Part shown: piece after piece, positions 40,894-48,177 of the stretch
Layout: the number at the start of each line of letters is the position of its first letter
Numbering within the stretch: position 1 is the stretch's first letter
Source: an uncultured Gemmatimonadales bacterium
Lineage (GTDB): Bacteria > Gemmatimonadota > Gemmatimonadetes > Longimicrobiales > RSA9
Direction: 5' to 3'
NCBI GenBank assembly: GCA_963798085.1
Contig: CAWCRS010000001.1
Coordinates: forward strand, 352,001 to 416,000
Length of the DNA stretch: 64,000 nt
Notes under the pieces: model-generated
Told to the model about the DNA's origin: nothing
Databases searched by the model: none
The model's input: the letters and a program-made list of their open reading frames with translations, nothing else
Position numbers and translations under genes: made by a program

Positions 40894-41064
40894 TCAGTTG
40901 CCGCCGTCGTCCGAGGCAAAGCCGGTGAGAGGCGCGATTCTCTCTTCGAGTTCCTCGGCCGAGAACTCAATGGCATCCGCGTCGCGGCCGGTTGCCTTCA
41001 TGACCTTCTTCCGCTGCTCCGGGGTGAGCTGGATGCGGATGGGGTTCTTCTTCTGCTCAGCCAT
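40894..41064 (-). CDS. EELEERIAP-leader precursor peptide B, 56 aa: MAEQKKNPIRIQLTPEQRKKVMKATGRDADAIEFSAEELEERIAPLTGFASDDGGN
   Basis: Manually translated; AGGAGG RBS; paralog 200 bp upstream. Confidence 0.92.
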   Translation of the reverse strand: MAEQKKNPIRIQLTPEQRKKVMKATGRDADAIEFSAEELEERIAPLTGFASDDGGN

Positions 41065-41111
41065 GATTCCCCTCCTGGTGTGTGTGGGATCGACCTGCGT
41101 GGGACTGCGAT

Positions 41112-41264
41112 TTACAGCTTCCTCATCAGCGGGGCAATGCGCTCCTCGAGTTCCTCAGCGGAGAACTCGATCGCGTCGGCGTCGCGGCCCGTGGCGAGCA
41201 GGATCTTCTGACGCTGCTCGGGCGTCAACTCGATGCGGATCGGGCTCTTCTTCTGGTCGGTCAT
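41112..41264 (-). CDS. EELEERIAP-leader precursor peptide A, 50 aa: MTDQKKSPIRIELTPEQRQKILLATGRDADAIEFSAEELEERIAPLMRKL
   Basis: Manually translated; GGAGGA RBS; 38/46 identical to peptide B over the leader, with many synonymous codon differences. Confidence 0.92.
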   Translation of the reverse strand: MTDQKKSPIRIELTPEQRQKILLATGRDADAIEFSAEELEERIAPLMRKL

Positions 41265-41324
41265 GGATTCCTCCGGGTGGGTGAGTGCGCTTTCCAGCGT
41301 GGCCCATGGCGGCCGTGGTGCAAC

Positions 41325-41390
41325 ACGTTAATGGCAGCCGCAGCCGGCCGCGATGACGTGGGTTACGGCGGCAATGTGACCTGGGTTGCA
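41325..41390 (-). promoter_or_regulatory. Putative Crp-family-dependent promoter of the peptide genes
   Basis: Minus strand TGCAA-CCCAGG-TCACA (41390-41375), CGTAA-CCCACG-TCATC (41367-41352), and -10-like TAACGT (41330-41325). Confidence 0.45.
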
Positions 41391-41417
41391 TCGTCCGGTC
41401 CGGTCGGATGGCCGGAC

Positions 41418-42110
41418 TCAGCCAGCGAAGTCGTCGCCTGTGACCAGGTCGTCGAGGTAGGCATCGATGACATTGCCCGTGACCTGGAAGGTGGTGCGCT
41501 CGGCCAGCAGCTCCTTCAGCAGGCGAGAGATGACGACGCGCGTGGAACCCACGCGCTGCGCCAGCTCTTCGTGTGTGGGTCGTACGAAGCTGACCTCGCC
41601 GTCGTGCGTGGGAATGCCTTCGACGCGCGCGATCTCGATCAACGTCATCAGCAGCCGCCGCTTCACGGGCAGCAGGGCCTGCGCGCCGATCATCTCGTAA
41701 GCGCTGCGCAGGCGCCGCGACAGCTCGGCAAGCAGTGGGCCCTGCACGTGCGGGTACTGGTTGACCCATGCGGCGAAACCGTCGCGGGGAATGCGCGCGA
41801 GCCTCGATTCCGTGAGCGTGGTGCACGTGCCGAAGCAGGTGGGTGACGCGAGTGCGGAATCGAGCCCGATGACGCCGCCGGCGCGCACCACGGTGAGCAC
41901 GACCTCACGACCTTCCTCGCTGAGCAGCGAGACTTTGGCGCGGCCATGGATCATGACGTACACGGCCGTGCACGGATCTCCGTGGCAGACCAGCAGATTG
42001 CCCTTGGGATACGTGTGCGGCACCGCCAGCGCGGCCAGCTCGCGGCGGGCCCGTTCATCTTCTTCGCGCAGGAAGAACACGCGCGGCAGAATCGCTTCCA
42101 CCTCGCTCAT
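41418..42110 (-). CDS. Crp/Fnr family transcriptional regulator
   Basis: cNMP-fold GRAKVSLLSEEGREVVL, PVKRRL, HTH THEELAQRVGSTRVVISRLL; ATGA overlap with the M50 gene. Confidence 0.92.
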   Translation of the reverse strand: MSEVEAILPRVFFLREEDERARRELAALAVPHTYPKGNLLVCHGDPCTAVYVMIHGRAKVSLLSEEGREVVLTVVRAGGVIGLDSALASPTCFGTCTTLTESRLARIPRDGFAAWVNQYPHVQGPLLAELSRRLRSAYEMIGAQALLPVKRRLLMTLIEIARVEGIPTHDGEVSFVRPTHEELAQRVGSTRVVISRLLKELLAERTTFQVTGNVIDAYLDDLVTGDDFAG

Positions 42111-44164
42111 GGCCACCAGTCGACGCGGATGGTGCGGCGCACGGCGCGCAGGAGTGCGCGCGCGGCCGTGGTGTGCATGACGACGACCTTCGCCCGGCCG
42201 ACCATGCCGGGCCACACGGGCAGGCCGGCCACGGCCGGGAGCGGCGCCAGCAGCTCGACCGAACCTGCCTGTGCAGCCGGCGACAGCTGCGCCACCGTCG
42301 TGCGCAGGGTCCGGCCCGGAGCCGAAGCGAAACGCAGTGTTATCAGCGAGCCGGCGCTGATGCCGCCGGCATCACGCTGGGACAGACGGATGCGCACGTG
42401 CGGCGGCCCATCCGCCCACAGCTGCACGAGCGAATCGCCGCGGGCCAGACCCTCCCCCACGCGCTCTTCCAAATGCGGCGTCACGACAATGGCGGCGAAG
42501 GGCGCGCGCAGCGTCAGCGCGTCGCGTCGTCGCTCCAGCTCCTGCAGTTCCGTGCGCCGGAAGCCCAGCTGCAGCTCCAGCCGCCGGGTTTCGGCGGCCT
42601 GACCGCGACTGCGCTGCGCCGCAGCCTGGCGCTCCAGCTCTTCCACCGCGGCACGTGCATGCGTCCAGCGCAGTTCGAGGTCGGGGCTGCTCAGCACCGC
42701 AATGGTGTCGCCGGCACGTGCGTGCTGTCCTTCCCCGACGCGTACCTGCGTGACCAGCGCCCATTCGGGCGGGCGCAGGAACAGGCGAGCCGGCGGGTCC
42801 GCCATCGCCTCGCCTTTCGCGGTGACCACCCACGGCGTCACCAGCAGCAGGAGCAGCAGCACTGTGCCAGCACCGGCGAACCGCAGCGTTCGCCGTGTGC
42901 CGCCTTTCGTGCCGCGCTCCGCCCACCACACACGCAGCACGCGGCGCAGCGCGCCCAGCGGTTTGCGCAGCAGATAGGCGACCACAATGGCGGCCAGCAC
43001 CATGCCCCAGTCCTCGAAGCGTGTGACCAGACGCCGGCTCAACAGCAGCGTGATCGAGGACAGCAGCAATGCGGTGTACAGCAGCGACAGGACACCATAC
43101 GCAATGAAGATGCGCGCTTCGCGTGGCGTGCAGCGCGTGGCCGGGATGTCGACGCGCATCACGTTGCGCTTCAGCACGGTCGACAGATGACGGAACGCGC
43201 GCGCGCGCAGGTTGGGAATACCCAGCCAGTCCATCAGCGCGTAATAGCCGTCCAGCGGAATGAGCGGATTGAAATTGATGAGCAGCACGATGCCGCCGGA
43301 GAACAGCATGCTGAAGAATGCGGCCTGGTGCAGCAGCGTTTCCGGTTCCGTTCCCAGCCAGGTGACGGCGGAGAGAAAGGCGACGACGAGCTGAATCCAG
43401 CCGCCGGCGAAGGTCACCCACAGACGCTGCCCGCGGCGCTCGAATGTCCACGCGTCGTTCACATTGCAGTAGAAGGAAGGCATGAAGTAGAGCAGCATTG
43501 CGCCCACCTCGTGCACCTCGCCGCCGAAGTGCTTGCAGGTGAGGCCGTGGCCGGCTTCGTGTATGGCGATGATGGCGGCGACCACGATCCAGTACATGGC
43601 CAGTGTGCCGGCAGAGAAACTCGACAGCCTGTACATGCTGCGGATTCCGGCGGAGAACGCGTCCCAGTTGGCAGTGATGATGGCGCCATACGCGACAATG
43701 GCGAGGCCGGAGAGGATGACGAATGCGGGGGTCCAGCAAAAGCGCAGCCAGCGGGCCATGCGCTCGAACACGCGGTCAGGATCACCCAGCGGGAAGCGCA
43801 TGCGCAGCAGTGTGCTGCCATGGCCCTTCAGTTTCAGGCGACGATCGCGCCGCAGCGACTCGGTGAGCAGGATGCGCTGCTCCTCCCGCGTGCGCTCGGC
43901 CAGTCCGAGCTGTTTGAGCTTGTCGACGAACGGGCGTATCGCCGCGGCCGTCGCGTTGATGCCCAGCGCTTCGCGCAATCCGAGCGCGATCGCGTCCAGC
44001 GGCTGGGTGCCATCCATGCGCTGCATCATCCACACTTCCGCCTCGCCGAAGCGGAAGTACTGCAGCCGCAGCGGGTCCTTGACCACCCACGACACGCGTC
44101 CATCCAGCACCTGCTGGACGTAGCGCAGATTGCGCCGCACGCGAGGGCAGTCGCCGTCGGTCAT
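42107..44164 (-). CDS. PqqD/RRE-like + M50 (site-2) metallopeptidase + HlyD-like membrane-fusion domain protein
   Basis: N-terminal WVVKDP..QYFRF..MDG..L..I...FVDKLKQLGL; HEAGH (HExxH); NPLIPLDGYY; lipoyl halves VRVGEGQHARAGD and LRAPFAAIV. Confidence 0.88.
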   Translation of the reverse strand: MTDGDCPRVRRNLRYVQQVLDGRVSWVVKDPLRLQYFRFGEAEVWMMQRMDGTQPLDAIALGLREALGINATAAAIRPFVDKLKQLGLAERTREEQRILLTESLRRDRRLKLKGHGSTLLRMRFPLGDPDRVFERMARWLRFCWTPAFVILSGLAIVAYGAIITANWDAFSAGIRSMYRLSSFSAGTLAMYWIVVAAIIAIHEAGHGLTCKHFGGEVHEVGAMLLYFMPSFYCNVNDAWTFERRGQRLWVTFAGGWIQLVVAFLSAVTWLGTEPETLLHQAAFFSMLFSGGIVLLINFNPLIPLDGYYALMDWLGIPNLRARAFRHLSTVLKRNVMRVDIPATRCTPREARIFIAYGVLSLLYTALLLSSITLLLSRRLVTRFEDWGMVLAAIVVAYLLRKPLGALRRVLRVWWAERGTKGGTRRTLRFAGAGTVLLLLLLVTPWVVTAKGEAMADPPARLFLRPPEWALVTQVRVGEGQHARAGDTIAVLSSPDLELRWTHARAAVEELERQAAAQRSRGQAAETRRLELQLGFRRTELQELERRRDALTLRAPFAAIVVTPHLEERVGEGLARGDSLVQLWADGPPHVRIRLSQRDAGGISAGSLITLRFASAPGRTLRTTVAQLSPAAQAGSVELLAPLPAVAGLPVWPGMVGRAKVVVMHTTAARALLRAVRRTIRVDWWP

Positions 44165-45072
44165 GAGCGCTCGGACGAAACGAGAAACTCGACATTAACG
44201 GACGAGCCCGGCTTGAGACCGCCGGGATCCGGCACATCGACGAGCACCTCGACCGTGCCACTGCCCGGGTCGACGGCCGGCGAGATGCGCAGGATGCGGC
44301 CTCTCGCCTCCCGCCCGTCGAGTCCGCGCAGCCGCACGGCCCGTCCCGGTCGCAGTGCGGCTGCCGCCAGCTCGGGCACGCGCACGAGAGCGCGCAACGG
44401 GTGCAGCGCGGTTGCGCGGAAGAGCGGTTCACCCTCGGCGACCGTCTGGCCAATGTGGATGAAACGCCGTGTTATCGTGCTCGCGAAGGGCGCCCGTACG
44501 CGCGTGTAGTCCAGGCGCACGGTAGCATCGGCGAGTGACGCTTCGGCGGAGCGCAGACGCCAGGTGGCGGAGTCCAGCTCACCCGCGGTGATCATCCCCT
44601 GCTTCGCCAGCTGTGCGGCCCGGTCGTGCTCTGCGTTGGCCAGCTCCCGGGCCGCCGTGGCCGCGGCGAGCGCCGCCAGTTCGCGGCCATCGTCCAGCCT
44701 CGCCAGCTGCTGGCCTTCCTGCACGGCATCGCCCATCTCGACGTCGATCGTGGCCACGACGCCGGCCCGGCGGGATGTCAGCTCCGCGTCACGCTCCGAA
44801 TAGAGCACGGTGGTCAGAGGCAGTGTCGTCGCCTGCAATCCGTCCCGGCCAACACCGCTGCCATTCCCGCTGCGCGCCGACTCGCCGGCGGCGAGAACAC
44901 TCGAGGCGTGCCCGCCGCTCGCCGCTTCCGCGGCTGCACCCTGGCCATCGGTGGCCACGACCGGCGCCGTGGCAGCGGGCGGTGCCGTGCGGTCCGTGCT
45001 GATCTGCGAGCCGCACGCAGCCAGCACGCACGGCAGCACGGACAGGATGGAACGGGCGAGGCGATTCACCAT
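44161..45072 (-). CDS. Efflux periplasmic adaptor (MFP) lipoprotein
   Basis: Lipobox LAAC; VEMGDAVQEGQQLA, VRAPFA, ISPAVDPGSGTV, LKPG. Confidence 0.92.
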   Translation of the reverse strand: MVNRLARSILSVLPCVLAACGSQISTDRTAPPAATAPVVATDGQGAAAEAASGGHASSVLAAGESARSGNGSGVGRDGLQATTLPLTTVLYSERDAELTSRRAGVVATIDVEMGDAVQEGQQLARLDDGRELAALAAATAARELANAEHDRAAQLAKQGMITAGELDSATWRLRSAEASLADATVRLDYTRVRAPFASTITRRFIHIGQTVAEGEPLFRATALHPLRALVRVPELAAAALRPGRAVRLRGLDGREARGRILRISPAVDPGSGTVEVLVDVPDPGGLKPGSSVNVEFLVSSERS

Positions 45073-47015
45073 GGCAGCATCCACCAGAGGTTCATGCGCA
45101 GCCAGCGCGCGGGCCGGCGGAAGATCATGACGGCGAGGGGTCGCGGCCGGGTCAGGACCTTGGCCCTCGCTTCCATGCCCGGCCGCAGCAGGCGCTGCCG
45201 GTTATCGAGAATGGCGTGCACGGTGTAGGTGACGAGGCCACCCAGCGTGTCGGCGCGCGGCGCGATGGCGGTAACCTTGCCCTGGAACGTGACGGATGGC
45301 TGTGCGGGCGAGCGCGCACGTACGCGGTCCTCCAGCTGCACGTCGGCGACGTCGCTCTGCGGCACGTGCAGCTCCAGCTCGACCCAGTCCGGATCCCCGA
45401 TCCAGGCGACGGTACTGCCTGCATCGAACCAGCTGCCCAGCCGCTCCTCGAGGCGGGGTGTGAGGACCACGCCTGCGGCCGGCGCCACCACGGTGCGCGC
45501 CTCCTGCTGGCGGGTCAGCAGGGCCACGGCATCGGCAGATTCCGCGGCACGCACGCGCGCTCCTGACACGGCGTTAGCATCACCGCGGGCCTGCGCCGCG
45601 AACTCTTCGCGCTGTGCCAGCGCCAGCGCCGCCTGCGCCTCGCCCAGACGCAGCTGCCCTTCATCATCGCGCAGCCGGGCAATGGGCTGCCCGGCGTTCA
45701 GCTTCTCGCCCTCGTGCGCCAGCACGGCATCCAGGATGCCGCCCACACCCGCGCGGGCCGGCTGCTGGACCGCGGCGCGCACCGCGGCCATGCTCGCCGA
45801 GAGGCGGAGCGGCAGGCGCACCACGGAAAGCAGGAGCGCGAGCGTCAGTGCAATGGCGCCGTACTGCAGCCACTTCGCGCGCGGCCAGGCGGCCAGCCTG
45901 CGCCGGCTCCGGGCCAGCGGCTCGAGCCAGCCAATGAACGGGACGCCTGCGTACAACTGCCCGTTGCGGAGCGCCAGTGCCGCCTGGTTGGCCAGCATCC
46001 TGGCCGCCTGCTGCAGCCACGGCGTGACTGCAGCAGGCGCCACGAACTCGAACAGCAGGACACCCAGATCGCCTTCCGTATCCTGGATATCCTCGACGAG
46101 GATGCAGTGCGCACCCGACTCCTCGAGGTAGCGCGGGAATGCTTCGCGCACCCGCGTCGCCATTTCGTCATCGACGTCCTGCACATTGCTGATGAGCAGT
46201 TCCTCGCGGCCTTCCGTGCCCCAGGTCATGAAGCGATCGATCTCACGCAGCGCGGCCGAGCGCAGATCGACCTTTTCCTCGCCGGAAATGGCGCGCACCA
46301 CGAGATCACTGCCCTGCCAGGTCGCCAGCACGCAGCGGTCGAAGTGGAGCGCTTCGCCGGCCAGATTCACCACCGACCTGTGGATGCGATCGAGATCGAA
46401 GGTGGAGAGGATTTCGCGGCTGAAGCTCAGCAGCGCGCGCAGATCGTGGGCCTGCCGCTCGGCGTCGAGCAGGCGGGCATTGCGGATGGCGGCCGCGGCG
46501 TCGTCGGCAACCGCCACCAGGAACGCGAGCTGCTGTCCGTCAAACCGGCCGTTAGTCACCTCCAGCGCGCCCAGCGTCTCGCCGCGCGCGGTCAGCGGCA
46601 CGGCCATGGCCGAGCGTGTGGCCACGCCCCAGCCTTCGTCGAGCTGCGGCACGTGGCGCTCATCAGAGGGCGCGTCCAGCACCAGCACCGGCTGCCTTCT
46701 GCGTACCGCGTCCCCGGCAAAGCCCAGACCCAGGGGCAGCTCGGCGCCGCTCAGCCCATCGCCTGCCGGCCCCAGCGATGCCTCGCAGCGCAGCACGTCA
46801 CCGTCCCGCAGCCAGACCGCGGCGGCCTGCGCCTCGAGTGTGGCGCAGACACTGGCCAGGATGCGAGGCAGCAGCTCGGCCTCCCCCAGCGTGGCATTGA
46901 ACTGGAGTGACAGCGACACGAGCTGCCGCAGGTGCGCGGCAGACAGTTCCTCGAGATGCGATGCGGCGGACGCGTCCTGTGGGGGCGCCTCGACCGACGT
47001 TGGGTCCGAGGACAC
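45066..47015 (-). CDS. GAF-GAF-TM-HlyD family adaptor protein
   Basis: GGAG RBS with GTG start; GAF (TRSAMAVPL...GALEVTN, AAAAIRNARL); second GAF ending ALALRNGQLY; TM; VVAPAAGVV, LLRPGMEARAKV. Confidence 0.88.
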   Translation of the reverse strand: MSSDPTSVEAPPQDASAASHLEELSAAHLRQLVSLSLQFNATLGEAELLPRILASVCATLEAQAAAVWLRDGDVLRCEASLGPAGDGLSGAELPLGLGFAGDAVRRRQPVLVLDAPSDERHVPQLDEGWGVATRSAMAVPLTARGETLGALEVTNGRFDGQQLAFLVAVADDAAAAIRNARLLDAERQAHDLRALLSFSREILSTFDLDRIHRSVVNLAGEALHFDRCVLATWQGSDLVVRAISGEEKVDLRSAALREIDRFMTWGTEGREELLISNVQDVDDEMATRVREAFPRYLEESGAHCILVEDIQDTEGDLGVLLFEFVAPAAVTPWLQQAARMLANQAALALRNGQLYAGVPFIGWLEPLARSRRRLAAWPRAKWLQYGAIALTLALLLSVVRLPLRLSASMAAVRAAVQQPARAGVGGILDAVLAHEGEKLNAGQPIARLRDDEGQLRLGEAQAALALAQREEFAAQARGDANAVSGARVRAAESADAVALLTRQQEARTVVAPAAGVVLTPRLEERLGSWFDAGSTVAWIGDPDWVELELHVPQSDVADVQLEDRVRARSPAQPSVTFQGKVTAIAPRADTLGGLVTYTVHAILDNRQRLLRPGMEARAKVLTRPRPLAVMIFRRPARWLRMNLWWMLPW

Positions 47016-47225
47016 GATTGGCCTCCTCCGCCGGTGACCGGGGAACAGCGCCGTTCCCGGGTACGGACGGAAGCGAGCGTGCAGCGGGTGTTCGGATCGG
47101 GCCGCGGAGCCTTGCGCGTGCGCCGCGGCCGACCGGCGGTATGCCGGGGCCCGCCGGGACGGGCGGCGGGCCGGTTCGTCGAACCTACATCGGCGCGCGC
47201 AGCGGCGCGAGGCCGTGGGGGATCG

Positions 47226-47290
47226 ACTGCGTTGCTCAGGCTGGTTGCTGGGGGCTGGTCGCTCGGGAACGGCAGCAACGGATCGAACTT
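47226..47290 (+). repeat. Dispersed intergenic GTTGCTGGGGCTGG repeat family member
   Basis: Matches 51454-51615, 55540-55594, 61588-61690. Confidence 0.7.
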
Positions 47291-47338
47291 CGTTTCCGGC
47301 GCTCGGGCCAGGAACGGGACCGCGCGCGCCGCGCTACC

Positions 47339-47570
47339 TCAAACGGGCTCGGTTCCCTGATTCAGAATGGACAGGTAGCGGTCGTACAGGAAGAGACGAT
47401 TCCGCCGCTTTCCTGTCAGTTCGCGAACAATGCCGGCATCCTCGAGCAGAGCCATGGCGGATGCTGCCGCCGGGAATGACAGTCCGGACCTGCGGCAGAC
47501 CTCCGGCATGGAGAGGATCGGCCTCGCCTTGAATGTGTCGTGGACGCGCAATGCGGAGCCCGCGCCTCGA
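47339..47570 (-). pseudogene. C-terminal wHTH fragment of a Fic family protein
   Basis: GSALRVH...RPILS...GLSFPAA...LEDAGIVRELTGKRRNRLFLYDRYLSIL..GTE; no Fic HPFxDGNGR motif upstream. Confidence 0.75.
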
Positions 47571-47686
47571 CGCGCGCCATTACGGACCGGCTCAATGCCG
47601 GCGAACCCGTCGATACCGTGCTGGCTGACTACAACCTGGCGGACGCGGAGCTTGAAGAAGCGGTCCGCTTCGAAGCCGCAGCCTGA
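47567..47686 (+). pseudogene. C-terminal fragment of a DUF433 (VapB45-like) antitoxin
   Basis: Manual translation STRAITDRLNAGEPVDTVLADYNLADAELEEAVRFEAAA*; no start codon or N-terminus. Confidence 0.7.
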
Positions 47687-48177
47687 CCGCGTTTTCTTTG
47701 CGGATCGCGACCTGGGCCGCAGCGTTCCCAATGCACTCAACGCCGCAGGCGTCCGGGTAGAGCGCCACGACACGCACTTCGAGCCGAGCACGCCGGACAC
47801 AGAGTGGCTGCGTGAGGTGGGAAGGCGCGGCTGGATCGCACTCAGCCACAACCGCGACATCCGCTACAATACCGCCGAACGCGACATGGTCATGCGGGCT
47901 GGCCTGCGCCCTGTTCATGCTGGTCGGTAAGCATCGTCACGATATCCTCGCGCGCAATCTCGTCCAAACGCTTCCGCGCGTCCTCGCCTTTCTCAATGCC
48001 CATGAGCCGCCGTTCATGGCCCGCATCTACAAGCCCAGTGAACCGGAGTTCGAAGCTGGACGACCAGGCAGGGTGGACCTGTGGCTCGGCGCTTGCCGGG
48101 CCCGGCGCGCCTGCCGATCTTGCCACCGCCCCCCGCTCTCGCGAAAGAACCAGACGTCTCCGCCGAGGAGGCAATGA
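47652..48177 (+). CDS. VapC45-like PIN domain toxin (frameshift ~47907; end uncertain)
   Basis: FFADRDLG...HF...TPDTEWL..VG.RGWIALSHN..IRY...E..., continuing ALFMLVG...PPFMARIY. Confidence 0.72.

Noticed and set aside
40894..41264. Lanthipeptide, lasso peptide, PqqA or double-glycine bacteriocin precursors
   Set aside because: No Cys, no ExxxY, no GG cleavage site in the leader, and no LanB/C/M, lasso cyclase, radical SAM, YcaO or C39 transporter in the window.
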